Shown: positions 1 through 9,214 of the stretch, piece by piece
How positions within the stretch are numbered: position 1 is the stretch's first letter
How the letters are laid out: the number at the start of each line of letters is the position of its first letter
Position numbers and translations under genes: made by a program
Virus record (IMG/VR): IMGVR_UViG_2711768060_000011
DNA: 36,364 bases
DNA from: a virus
Lineage: Duplodnaviria; Heunggongvirae; Uroviricota; Caudoviricetes
Direction: 5' to 3' (one strand)
The notes under the pieces: model-generated
What the model was told of the DNA's origin: nothing
Seen by the model: only the letters and a program-made list of their open reading frames with translations
Databases searched by the model: none

Positions 1-432
1 ATGGAAAAGACATATTATTTTAATCCCTCTGATTCGGGATTTTATATTTCACCAGATAGCCAAACCATTCCTGAGAACGCTACGAAAATAAACTTTACTA
101 TTTATTCTGAGTTCGCAGGAGTTGCATGGCCTGATGGTAAAATACTTGGTTCAGATAAAAATGGTTTTCCAGCATGGCAGGATGCGCCACCACTTACCAG
201 CGAAGAATTAATCTCAATCGCTGAATCAAATAAACAGCGATTAGTTAATCAGGCCAACGAATACATGAACAGCAAACAATGGCCTGGTAAAGCGGCGATT
301 GGTCGTCTGAAAGGTGAGGAACTGGCGCAATATAATTTGTGGCTGGATTACCTGGACGCACTGGAAATGGTCGATACTTCCAGTGCGCCAGATATTGAAT
401 GGCCTACGCCTCCGGCAGTACAGGCCAGATGA
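1..432 (+). CDS. tail fibre assembly protein (Tfa), second copy convergent with the neighbouring tfa
   Basis: ORF begins with ATG at window base 1; C-terminal ...DTSSAPDIEWPTPP matches the conserved Tfa C-terminal motif (lambda Tfa ...DTSTAPDIEWP); 3' end overlaps the minus-strand tfa by 29 nt. Confidence 0.7.
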   Translation: MEKTYYFNPSDSGFYISPDSQTIPENATKINFTIYSEFAGVAWPDGKILGSDKNGFPAWQDAPPLTSEELISIAESNKQRLVNQANEYMNSKQWPGKAAIGRLKGEELAQYNLWLDYLDALEMVDTSSAPDIEWPTPPAVQAR

Positions 433-1006
433 CATCCGGCGCGGTGCTGATATCTGTTGCCGTCACCGCGTCAATGTAATCCAGCACAGTGTTAAGTCGG
501 GTGGTCTCTGCCTGCATCAGCTTCCGCCCGGCCTGCAATTTCAGTTGAATCAGACTAATGGAAGCCATTGCAGTATCAATCAGTGACTGACGTTGTGCTT
601 CTGCCGCGTCTACTGCGGCGCTATGCTGTGTCTCAGTATCCGTCACCCATTTCTCACCATCCCATTTATCGTATGGCGTTAACGGGGCGATAGTGGTTGT
701 TTTTTCGGGGTAATCACCCGGAGTTGTGATTTCTTTGGCGTCTCCCGTTTCGGTGTTATAGACGATTTCACCGCGATGGTCTGGTACATATTCCCATGAG
801 TTAAAATCTGCAGAGCGGCAGATTGCATAACCAGCTTTGTAGGTGCCTGGAGCATCTAAACAGGAATATGCCGGAATGCCGACACCAACAGCAAGATATT
901 CAGTTGAAGCTGAAATATACTCCCGACTCATGACGTCAAAGTTATAAACAGTAATTTCTCCTGCCATAGTGGCAATTAATTCACTGTTTAATTCTGCGTT
1001 ATTCAT
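404..1006 (-). CDS. tail fibre assembly protein (Tfa)
   Basis: 200-aa ORF ending ...TATDISTAPDVIWPVLPEA (Tfa C-terminal motif); lies immediately downstream of the tail fibre gene. Confidence 0.75.
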   Translation of the reverse strand: MNNAELNSELIATMAGEITVYNFDVMSREYISASTEYLAVGVGIPAYSCLDAPGTYKAGYAICRSADFNSWEYVPDHRGEIVYNTETGDAKEITTPGDYPEKTTTIAPLTPYDKWDGEKWVTDTETQHSAAVDAAEAQRQSLIDTAMASISLIQLKLQAGRKLMQAETTRLNTVLDYIDAVTATDISTAPDVIWPVLPEA

Positions 1007-1551
1007 TATGCAGCCCTCACAATATAGTTAAAAGCGACATTTCGTGGGCGTGTTTCATTCGCACCTGCAGGTTTAGTCGTTGCCGCAACAACACCACCCT
1101 CTGTAATAGCCGGGTTGGGAATTGGGTAATTATCGAAGTCAATGGCTGGAGACAGGGGCGTGATTTGTTTTAAAATCGTGGTGCCTGTAAAACTTCCCAG
1201 AGTCTGGTCGTTAGTTCGTGAAGTCCAGATTCCCCAATAGTGGTTATGACTGACAATCGCACCGTCCTGAAGCGTTAATAATCCCCTTCCGTTATCCACT
1301 CCACGTCCGTCATCCCAGCCACGAATAAACTCACCGCGTAAATCAGGTAATTTATTTGTCGGATAAGCCTTTGCCAGTTCCGGGTATTCTTCAGCAGAAA
1401 AAGCTGCTCCGTTGCATTTCAGCCAGCCTGTTGGCGGAGTGGCTGAAGGCCACGGAACAGGCACACCAACGGGTAATGCTGAGCCTTCTCCCAAACCAAT
1501 ACCCGCGCCGAACTTATCCTTCTGCGCGGTTTTCGTGTCTATACGATGCAT
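1006..1551 (-). CDS. short tail fibre protein (collar/receptor-binding type)
   Basis: 181-aa ORF between a Mu gp48-like gene and tfa; Gly/Pro-rich, resembles short side-tail-fibre proteins of e14-type prophages; start ATG overlaps upstream stop. Confidence 0.55.
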   Translation of the reverse strand: MHRIDTKTAQKDKFGAGIGLGEGSALPVGVPVPWPSATPPTGWLKCNGAAFSAEEYPELAKAYPTNKLPDLRGEFIRGWDDGRGVDNGRGLLTLQDGAIVSHNHYWGIWTSRTNDQTLGSFTGTTILKQITPLSPAIDFDNYPIPNPAITEGGVVAATTKPAGANETRPRNVAFNYIVRAA

Positions 1552-1554
1552 GGA

Positions 1555-2139
1555 TTACTCCGGATATTTAAAAATCACATAGGTATGCGACGGGCAGAGT
1601 TTGTTAAGCACACACTCGACAACGGTGTCGCCCCATATACGCAGCGCGGAATCACAGGGATCGCCACATGTCATCCAGGTGGTGTTGGTGGCGGCTGGCA
1701 TGTTGACCTGCCAGTAATACCGCCATTCAGGCGCATTCACCGCGTCAGTACAGGCCGATGAGCAGGTGAATGTGCTTTTGTCGTATCGCGTGATGTTGGC
1801 ATCCGGTCTGCCCAGGGCAGCAAGCTGTGCAAGATAAAAATTCTCGTTGATGCCGCCCGCCAGGTTAACCTTCGCATCCAGCCGTTGCTGACGCTGGCGA
1901 AGGGTCTGTGTCCCTGTAGGAATACATTCATCCGGCAGGCCGCACAGACGCTCCCAGCGATTTATCAGTTCAGTGGTGGTGCGCGGATCCAGCTCCCGCA
2001 TCAGGGCATCCGCACGCTGATGAACGCGGGTTAATGACGGTGCCGCACCGGCAATCGCCGGATCGCTGGCTGACCACGCCGGACCGGGCGGCAACAGTGC
2101 TGACAACAGACGGATGTAATCATCGTTTGTCACGTCCAT
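1555..2139 (-). CDS. Mu gp48-like / YmfQ-like tail protein (DUF2313 type)
   Basis: 194-aa ORF directly downstream of the baseplate J-like gene, the position Mu gp48 and e14 YmfQ occupy. Confidence 0.55.
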   Translation of the reverse strand: MDVTNDDYIRLLSALLPPGPAWSASDPAIAGAAPSLTRVHQRADALMRELDPRTTTELINRWERLCGLPDECIPTGTQTLRQRQQRLDAKVNLAGGINENFYLAQLAALGRPDANITRYDKSTFTCSSACTDAVNAPEWRYYWQVNMPAATNTTWMTCGDPCDSALRIWGDTVVECVLNKLCPSHTYVIFKYPE

Positions 2140-3188
2140 GAAATCGCCCCCAGAACCGCCAGTTCATTTTTCGCAATGGTGATATTGTCCGCCGGTGCAA
2201 GCAACTGATGGCTGTATTCCCCGTTCGCACCGGAAATCGCTTCACTAATACGTGACACCTTCAGTTCTCCCTGCGGATAACCATCACGCAGCAGGAACGA
2301 ACGCAACTCCGCGGTGATGGCAGCCCGTATTTCCGGTGTGTCCGGCGTCACACGGATATGAAAATCCACCGTATGTGCCACCGGCCTGAACACATACAAA
2401 TCAGAGCCTGCCACCGGGGCCAGTGGCCCGATATGTTGTCTTGCCGCCGTTTCCGTTGATTCTTCCGGAATGGGATTAATCAGGTCACTGCTGGCAATCA
2501 TCACACCGACAGTCCCCGTTCCCATCCAGTGTCGGTATGTCCATGCGCGGGTAATGCCAGGCACTTCTTTAGCCCAGACGACATAGTCCCCGTCAGCCCC
2601 GCCCTGCGGCGTCCAGTAATACCGCTCAATGACGCGGGCGCGCCACGTTTCCAGCTCTTCAGTATCAAATCCGCCTGTCAGGGTGTCAGCCACACCGGAA
2701 GACGGCAGACCATTCACCGGCGTGACCAGGATTAATGCCGTACCGTCGTCAGCGTTACCGACCGCACCTGCACTTGAGCAGGCGATCGGCACGCGCAGGA
2801 CACCACCGGAGCTGATTGCATCGTCAGTTGTCGTGTACTGCACCAGGTCATCGCGCTGAATAACACTCCCGGCAGTCACCTTCAGGCCATCGCTGACACC
2901 TTCCCAGCGCATATACCCGCTGGCAACCGTGGCTCCCTTGCGCGGACACCGTTTCATCGCAGCATGTCGCGCCAGCCAGGACTCATCGCACAGGTCAGGC
3001 AGCATATTCATTGCCAGATAATCGATGTAACCGTAGACCGTATGCAGCGCCGCCGCATACACCTTTGCCCGCACGTCTTCATCCATGCGCCGGAGCGTGT
3101 CGCTGACGTCCAGCCTGGCGAATAAATCGTTACGGAGCATACTGATATTTTCTGCCAGCGTCGGGCGCTGAAATTCACTGTCCGCCAT
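2130..3188 (-). CDS. baseplate J-like protein (Mu gp47 family)
   Basis: 352-aa ORF in the conserved Mu order P-gp45-gp46-gp47(J)-gp48; size matches Mu gp47. Confidence 0.7.
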   Translation of the reverse strand: MADSEFQRPTLAENISMLRNDLFARLDVSDTLRRMDEDVRAKVYAAALHTVYGYIDYLAMNMLPDLCDESWLARHAAMKRCPRKGATVASGYMRWEGVSDGLKVTAGSVIQRDDLVQYTTTDDAISSGGVLRVPIACSSAGAVGNADDGTALILVTPVNGLPSSGVADTLTGGFDTEELETWRARVIERYYWTPQGGADGDYVVWAKEVPGITRAWTYRHWMGTGTVGVMIASSDLINPIPEESTETAARQHIGPLAPVAGSDLYVFRPVAHTVDFHIRVTPDTPEIRAAITAELRSFLLRDGYPQGELKVSRISEAISGANGEYSHQLLAPADNITIAKNELAVLGAISWT

Positions 3189-3603
3189 GCGTTATCGCAC
3201 TCCACAGATCATCAAAAGAAATCATTACCGGTCCGTCACGACGCCAGAGAGTGATACTGTTACCCAGTTCATTAATCCCGGTGCGACGGATATCCAGATC
3301 AATACGGGACACCACGCCGTCATCAATCATCCATTGCAGGCATTCGCGGATATAACCCCTTACCGTCTGCACCAGCTGATTGGTCAGTTTGCTGCGCTGA
3401 AGCAGCCACAGTCGGGAGCCGTAACGGTCATTCTGTACCGCAGGCCAGGTATCCCCCCACCATCCCATCGGGACGTCGGCGTTGTCATCAGGCTCCGCCC
3501 GCCGCCAGGTAAACAGGGAAATCACCACGGCGCGGGTCAGCGGATCCAGCGGTGCGCTGGCGCAGGTGCGTTTACCGTTCACCGTCAGCCACAGTTCCAT
3601 CAT
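3175..3603 (-). CDS. baseplate protein, Mu gp46-like
   Basis: 142-aa ORF between the gp45-like spike and J-like genes; overlapping stops and starts indicate coupling. Confidence 0.55.
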   Translation of the reverse strand: MMELWLTVNGKRTCASAPLDPLTRAVVISLFTWRRAEPDDNADVPMGWWGDTWPAVQNDRYGSRLWLLQRSKLTNQLVQTVRGYIRECLQWMIDDGVVSRIDLDIRRTGINELGNSITLWRRDGPVMISFDDLWSAITHGGQ

Positions 3604-4148
3604 GCCTCCATCGCTTTATCAGGTTTGTCGGTGTTACTGCCCTGACCGTTCTCTCTGTGACGATGCCCGTTATAGGCAAGCCGCATCGCTGACATGGTGG
3701 TGCCGCCGGAGTCGCACAGGTCTTTCACCTGTCCTGTCACTTCCAGGTCCATTTCAAAACGTGCTTCAGGTGCATTGCGAAACGTGATCGTTTTACCTGC
3801 ACCATCCACCACGATCCCCTCCCGGGTCAGCGTCACGGACTGCCCCTGATCGTCATAGACCGCCACCTCACCCGTCTGCAGCCCTTTCAGGCGGTAGCGC
3901 CGGTCCGACACCGTAACAACTACCGCATGAGAACGGTCACCATCCGGAAACAACACCACCGCTTCCGCACCGCTGTTTGCCCTTGCGGTAAAACCGTAGG
4001 GTTCAAGATGTTCAACCCCGGCTTTGGGTTCACCGGCAATCAGGGACACATCCACGGTCTGACATTTCGTGGCGGCACTGATGCTTTTCACCACGGCCCG
4101 CCCAATCAGGCCGAGGAGTTGTCGCTGCATGGCTTCAATCGTCCTCAT
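3600..4148 (-). CDS. baseplate assembly protein V / spike (Mu gp45-like)
   Basis: 182-aa ORF downstream of the hub gene with a 1-nt start/stop overlap; gene V-like size and position. Confidence 0.6.
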   Translation of the reverse strand: MRTIEAMQRQLLGLIGRAVVKSISAATKCQTVDVSLIAGEPKAGVEHLEPYGFTARANSGAEAVVLFPDGDRSHAVVVTVSDRRYRLKGLQTGEVAVYDDQGQSVTLTREGIVVDGAGKTITFRNAPEARFEMDLEVTGQVKDLCDSGGTTMSAMRLAYNGHRHRENGQGSNTDKPDKAMEA

Positions 4149-5227
4149 CAGAACGGGTCCTCCTGTACTCTGGCTTTTTTCTTTTTCCGCGCGCCGGGGG
4201 CTTCGGGTTCAGGCAGATAAGCATCAGGTGGGCCGACACGGATTTCCGTCAGGGTGCCGTTCTGGTCCTGAGTAAACGTGACTTCCGAGACAAGCAGTTC
4301 GGTATTGTCGAAACCACAGACCGGATCAAAGACAATCACCCGCTGGTTGGGCTGCCACAGCGTACCGTTACCCTGTCGCCAGCCCTGCACCACATAGGTG
4401 GTTTCATCCGTCCGCGCCGCCCGTTGTCGGGCTTCAAAGTCAGCACGGGCAATACAGCCTGCCCCCGTGGCCTGCCCTGTCTGCCTGATATACATCGGAC
4501 GGTAACGGGAAATAAATGCGTCCTCTGTGCGGGCCCGCAGCGCGGTGGTGGTGGCCTCACCGAAATCATCGTCGTTTCCGGCACGCTGCCCCGCCACCTG
4601 GTAAACAGAAAACCGCTCCCGGATACTCTTCTCCGTATCGCAGGAAAGGATGTTTTCCCCAAGTACCAGCGCAGTATGTGCCCGCGTTGAGCCAATACCG
4701 CCAATCACCAGCCTGCCGTGCGGGTCGTCGTAAGCCAGTGCCTGCTGCTGACCGAGTATTTTGTTGATTACCTCAATCACCGTTTCACCGTGATCAGGCT
4801 GGACGTCAGGAATAACACCCGACGGCGCACCGTTGTTCACCACCTCAATGCCGAAAGGCGCAGCAAGCGCCTGCGCAATCTGTACCAGCGATCGTCCGTT
4901 AAACTGTGTCGGTTTGGCTGCACAGTCAATCAGGTCAGCGGTCAGACTGCGTCCGGCAATACCGGTGCTGACCGAACGGGCATCGTAACGAACGGGCGTC
5001 GCCTCCACCCAGCCGGTGATCACCAGCTCATCACCAATCAGCACCTCCACTTTTGAACCGTTTTTAATGCGCGGCTGAAGCGTGGTGATACCCTCATCTC
5101 CCGGCCACTGGCGGGTGATCTCCACACTGAAATCCCGCGCCAGCCGTTCAATACCGGCACCGATGCGCACCGATGTCCAGCCATTCCACTCCCGGCCATT
5201 TACCCGTAGCGTGACATTGTCGTTCAT
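4148..5227 (-). CDS. baseplate hub protein (phage late control D / Mu P family)
   Basis: 359-aa ORF after the DNA circulation gene, as in Mu N-P; length typical of gpD/Mu P. Confidence 0.65.
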   Translation of the reverse strand: MNDNVTLRVNGREWNGWTSVRIGAGIERLARDFSVEITRQWPGDEGITTLQPRIKNGSKVEVLIGDELVITGWVEATPVRYDARSVSTGIAGRSLTADLIDCAAKPTQFNGRSLVQIAQALAAPFGIEVVNNGAPSGVIPDVQPDHGETVIEVINKILGQQQALAYDDPHGRLVIGGIGSTRAHTALVLGENILSCDTEKSIRERFSVYQVAGQRAGNDDDFGEATTTALRARTEDAFISRYRPMYIRQTGQATGAGCIARADFEARQRAARTDETTYVVQGWRQGNGTLWQPNQRVIVFDPVCGFDNTELLVSEVTFTQDQNGTLTEIRVGPPDAYLPEPEAPGARKKKKARVQEDPF

Positions 5228-6552
5228 TGCACTGGCACCTTCAGAGGGATCACCGGCACAAATCCGGGATGCGTAATGGCATTACGCCGGATAATGTCCG
5301 CGTCACGCGCCGCGTTATCAAACCAGGTCGCCGCCAGCACCAGCGCGGGTAAAACCTCATCCGGTGTGCGCTGAATAATCCGTGCAGACTGTTCAAGGCG
5401 CGTGTTGATATCCGCATTCAGATCCGCTTTCACCCGGCGCAGCGCCAGAAACAGCGCATCACTGGTTGTTCGGGACAACTCCTTATCAATTGCCGTATTC
5501 AGTGTGTCGCGAATGTCAGTCAGTTCTTCCCACGTCGGCAGGTCAACCGTGTTTTTCACCGCCGGTGCATTGTTCAGTGCCGGATGCGTGACGGAAGGCC
5601 AGCCAGTGCTCTGCGCAGGTGTTGTTGCCTGCCCCACTGTGGCATTCTGCATCACCGCGGAAGTTGTTGGCGCAGGCAATCGGGTGACGGCATACGCCGC
5701 TTCGCTGATTGCGGTCGTACGAAGGGTGCTGGCAACCACGTTACGCTGCTGCGTCGCCGTAGCGGTGGTTTTACTGTCCGTTTTCCAGACGCCGCGCGGT
5801 TGCAGATCGCTGCCGAGGCTGACACCGGAAAGCGTTTTGATCATGGTGACCAGGTCGCTGGCGTTACCATAAAGGCGTTTCCCGGTACGCCACATTTTCT
5901 GCACCTGCTCAACGAAATTTTTGCCTGACGATGGCGGCGGCAGAAGTACCGAGATATCCCCCTGCAACAGCCTGGCGGCATCCGATACGGCAGAATCCAC
6001 CACTTTCATCGCATCAGAAACATACCCAAGCATTGTGCTGGCATTACCGACGACGTCGTTCTGCACAAAATCTGCCACGCCATCGATACTGAAACCACTG
6101 AAGCTGTCACTGATGCAGTCATCCAGTGCAGAACAGGATGACATCAGCGTCTGCGCCGTCGCCGCACCTGAAGTGGGGTAAGAGAGTTCTCCCGCTTCGA
6201 CAAACTTCAGGTCAAAGCGGACAATACGCCCTTCACTCTTCGATGTGCTGACCCGAACTTCCCCATCAACACAGACTTTCAGCTCACCGTAAGTCGGATG
6301 GACAAGCGTGCCGGGACCGGGTTTATTCAGCGCGTCAATCAGGCGATCGCGCTGGTCAAAGCAGTCATCTCCCACCACATAAGCTGTGATGGACGGGCGG
6401 AAAGTGATTTTCCCCAGGTCTTCGGTATAGGGTTTGTCGCGGTTCGGGTATTCGTGCGTTTCCACACGACGACCGGTTCCCGCACTTTCTTCTTCAACCT
6501 TAAACGGCACACCGCGAAATGACGCGTCCTGAAGTCTGTCTTTCCACGTCAT
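5224..6552 (-). CDS. DNA circulation protein (Mu N-like); alternative upstream start at 6594
   Basis: ORF 5224..6594; the Met at 6552 has a GGAG Shine-Dalgarno 5 nt upstream, whereas the first ATG has none and would place a hairpin plus T-run inside the coding sequence. Confidence 0.6.
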   Translation of the reverse strand: MTWKDRLQDASFRGVPFKVEEESAGTGRRVETHEYPNRDKPYTEDLGKITFRPSITAYVVGDDCFDQRDRLIDALNKPGPGTLVHPTYGELKVCVDGEVRVSTSKSEGRIVRFDLKFVEAGELSYPTSGAATAQTLMSSCSALDDCISDSFSGFSIDGVADFVQNDVVGNASTMLGYVSDAMKVVDSAVSDAARLLQGDISVLLPPPSSGKNFVEQVQKMWRTGKRLYGNASDLVTMIKTLSGVSLGSDLQPRGVWKTDSKTTATATQQRNVVASTLRTTAISEAAYAVTRLPAPTTSAVMQNATVGQATTPAQSTGWPSVTHPALNNAPAVKNTVDLPTWEELTDIRDTLNTAIDKELSRTTSDALFLALRRVKADLNADINTRLEQSARIIQRTPDEVLPALVLAATWFDNAARDADIIRRNAITHPGFVPVIPLKVPVQ

Positions 6553-6566
6553 ATAAACTCCGTACA

Positions 6567-6589
6567 TAAAAAATCCCACCGGAGTGGGA
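6567..6589 (-). terminator. terminator-like hairpin plus U-run between the tape measure and DNA circulation genes (possible attenuator)
   Basis: 6-bp stem TCCCAC/GTGGGA followed on the minus strand by TTTTTTAT. Confidence 0.35.
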
Positions 6590-6612
6590 CTCATTAACAG
6601 ATTAATTTTTCA

Positions 6613-8448
6613 TTACCTGCCAAAGCGCGTATAGCCAACATCATGGCTGACATCAAAACCGCTGGATCGCGTTTCCATAACCCGCATACCCGGAGGCGAA
6701 TTCACAAAAGAGACCTTGATCTCACCATCAACTTTTGGCGCAGAAGCTTTGTTAATCATGAAGGGATTCGGGCCTGTGGCACCGGAGGCGTTGTTTGACT
6801 GAGCCGGATCCACCACCGGATAAGGTGTGTATCCCCGCGCCGGTATTCCCGTCCCATAAGCATCATAAGCACCCGCGCCCCACTGCGCAGAGTTAATGGC
6901 ATCGACCGTGTCACCGGAACTGTCGGTAAACCACTCAATAATTGGCTTCAGCTTGTCCCACATATCCTGAAACCACTTAACAACCGGTCCCCAGTTATTG
7001 ATTACCATCCCCAGCGGCGACCAGGCAAAAACCTTCTTCAGAAGTTCCCGGCCAGCCTCAAAATAAGGACCAATGGTTTCCCAGAGCTTCTTGAAATAAG
7101 GTCCTACAACATCCCAGTTAGTGATAATTAATCCCGCAGCCAGGGCTATCGCCGTCGCAATCATTCCAATCGGCGTCATCGACATGATCCTGCTGACAAT
7201 ACTGATGGCACCGCCAACGCCCATCAATCCCAGTTTCAGAATCGCAAGACCGGCAGCAAGCCCGACGACGCCGCGAATAACCCGGGGATTTTCATCCGCA
7301 AACTTCGTGAATTTTTCCCCCAACTCCCCCAGCCATTGCGTGATATTTTTGGCGTCACCAGAAAATGCGCCGCCAATAGCCGCAAGGCCGTTAGTTGCGG
7401 TCCCCGTCATTGCCTCCCACAGGTTGGACAGCGTACCAAGCTGGGCCTGAACACGTTTATTCAGGCTGGCCTGTTTATTCATCTTCTGCTGGATCTGATC
7501 GTAGCCATCCTTTCCTTTATCGATCAGTGCATTGACCACCTGAAGGGTTTCGGCATCATCACCAAATATTGCCTTAAGTACACCTGTTCGCTTAACGTCG
7601 GTCAGTTTTCGCAGCTTTGCCAGTTGCCTGAACATGTTATCAAGACCGCCAAAACTTCCTTTGCCGTCAGTAAAATCGAGCTGTACCCCGAGTTTCTGGC
7701 GGGCCATGACTTTATTGACGTCCCTGATTTTCTTAACGCTTAATCCGGACTGGATAACTTTTCGCAGGGCATTACCTGCCGACTCCCCGTTCATCCCCAT
7801 CTGATCCATCATGACACTGATGGGGGCAAGACTCTGTGCAGCCTGAAGACCGTCCTTGTTCACCATCTTCAGAACAGAGCTGGTTTTAGTGAAGAATGAC
7901 AGCATGTTGGTGTCGTCAACGCCCAGATAAAACGCCTTCTGAATTGTGTCGAACAGCCCCATCATGTCTTCTGAGACCGTTCCGGTAGCATCCTGCATCT
8001 TTGCGGCAAACTCGGCAGCCGCTTCCGGTGTTTTTTTCAGTTGTACCGCAAGATAAGCTGTCGCTTTACCCACACCGCCAAGAATGTTTTCTGCCGGGAT
8101 CCCCTGACGCACCAGCATCTGCATCATGTTCTGAAAATCAGCTGTTGTACCGGGTAGCTGGTTACCCAGGCCAATAGCCAGTTTATTGATGTCCTGAAAG
8201 CGCTTTCCAACCTCGCCGTTCGCATCCATCATGGCGACTTTCAGCCCGGTGGCGGCGTTTTCCTGATCGGCATAAGATTTCAGGGAAAGCGTCAGACCCG
8301 CTGCCAGTCCGCCACCAAGCGCCAGCCCACCCTGTGACGCTTCTTCCGCCTGGCGTTTAAATCCCCGGATTTTCTTTTGCATTTTCGACAGCGCGGGAGA
8401 AAGCCTGTCGACACCGGTGATCAACGCCTTAAGCTCAAATTCAGCCAT
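6613..8448 (-). CDS. tail tape measure protein
   Basis: 611-aa ORF with long Ala/Gly/Leu-rich helical stretches and a hydrophobic segment, downstream of tube and chaperone genes. Confidence 0.85.
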   Translation of the reverse strand: MAEFELKALITGVDRLSPALSKMQKKIRGFKRQAEEASQGGLALGGGLAAGLTLSLKSYADQENAATGLKVAMMDANGEVGKRFQDINKLAIGLGNQLPGTTADFQNMMQMLVRQGIPAENILGGVGKATAYLAVQLKKTPEAAAEFAAKMQDATGTVSEDMMGLFDTIQKAFYLGVDDTNMLSFFTKTSSVLKMVNKDGLQAAQSLAPISVMMDQMGMNGESAGNALRKVIQSGLSVKKIRDVNKVMARQKLGVQLDFTDGKGSFGGLDNMFRQLAKLRKLTDVKRTGVLKAIFGDDAETLQVVNALIDKGKDGYDQIQQKMNKQASLNKRVQAQLGTLSNLWEAMTGTATNGLAAIGGAFSGDAKNITQWLGELGEKFTKFADENPRVIRGVVGLAAGLAILKLGLMGVGGAISIVSRIMSMTPIGMIATAIALAAGLIITNWDVVGPYFKKLWETIGPYFEAGRELLKKVFAWSPLGMVINNWGPVVKWFQDMWDKLKPIIEWFTDSSGDTVDAINSAQWGAGAYDAYGTGIPARGYTPYPVVDPAQSNNASGATGPNPFMINKASAPKVDGEIKVSFVNSPPGMRVMETRSSGFDVSHDVGYTRFGR

Positions 8449-8582
8449 GTGTGCGTTTCTCCTGCTCTATCCTGTTTGCCTGACTGACCAGCAAGGGAAT
8501 TTCACTGATCGGCATATTCAGCAATTCGAAGGGATTAATGCGCCAGTAGCTGGCGCAGTCAAAGAAGCGATCAGTGAGGTAT

Positions 8583-8858
8583 TCAGCCGTCAGGCTTGGA
8601 GGGAAAACCAGCCACAAGCCACGCCGCTGCATTCAGGTCTGCCGGAGACATCTGGTCGACAGAGTTTTGCGGCACTTTCGCCAGCCGCACAATGTATTTC
8701 GATACCACATGCGCCAGAAGTCTGACGGACTCATCCTGATTCATCTGGTAGGGATACCCCAGCTCGCGGACATCTTTCCCGGTGGGCTCATCAAACTCCA
8801 GTACGGAGAGTGTCTCGCCATGAGCGGTAATCGGTTTCTTTAACTCAAGCTCTTTCAT
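8583..8858 (-). CDS. tail assembly chaperone (G-like); possible frameshift extension into 8441..8632
   Basis: 91-aa ORF between tube and tape measure genes; an overlapping 63-aa ORF in another frame runs to the tape measure start. Confidence 0.5.
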   Translation of the reverse strand: MKELELKKPITAHGETLSVLEFDEPTGKDVRELGYPYQMNQDESVRLLAHVVSKYIVRLAKVPQNSVDQMSPADLNAAAWLVAGFPSKPDG

Positions 8859-9214
8859 TACTGGTAATCCCCTTCTTCACCGTGGAACTCAAGATCAACC
8901 GTCCCTTCTTCGGCATTATGGTTCGCTTCGCCGTGCAGCCAGGCAGACGACAGTACATAGACCTGACCGTTCGCCAGCTCGGCAGTGATGGTCATCTCAT
9001 CAGACGAGGTGATTTTGCTCACCGGAAAATTCTTCGGCACCTTGAAGGTCCCTTTAACATAAGGCGCACGGTGAGTTTCCTTGCGGTCCACTGAACCGTC
9101 CAGGCCGATGATGTCATCATTGACCGTCCTGTTCATGGGCACCTCAATGCCGCCGGTCAGCGATAGCTGCTGACCGTCAATTTTGAAATAACAGGTTCCC
9201 CCGATACGGGCCAT
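8858..9214 (-). CDS. contractile tail tube protein
   Basis: 118-aa ORF immediately downstream of the sheath gene (1-nt overlap), Mu L-M like order. Confidence 0.65.
   Translation of the reverse strand: MARIGGTCYFKIDGQQLSLTGGIEVPMNRTVNDDIIGLDGSVDRKETHRAPYVKGTFKVPKNFPVSKITSSDEMTITAELANGQVYVLSSAWLHGEANHNAEEGTVDLEFHGEEGDYQ

Noticed and set aside
1-432. Possibility that the plus-strand tfa is truncated by the window edge
   Set aside because: The ORF starts with ATG at base 1 and has full Tfa length and C-terminal motif, so it is treated as complete; its upstream partner fibre gene, if any, is outside the window.
3187-3645. Plus-strand ORF (152 aa) and similar opposite-strand ORFs across the structural region (e.g. 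5402..5872, 7121..7450, 9487..9903, 15392..15967, 17700..18140)
   Set aside because: All lie wholly inside longer minus-strand genes with clear phage-structural identity; such shadow ORFs are expected in GC-rich coding DNA and lack independent start signals.
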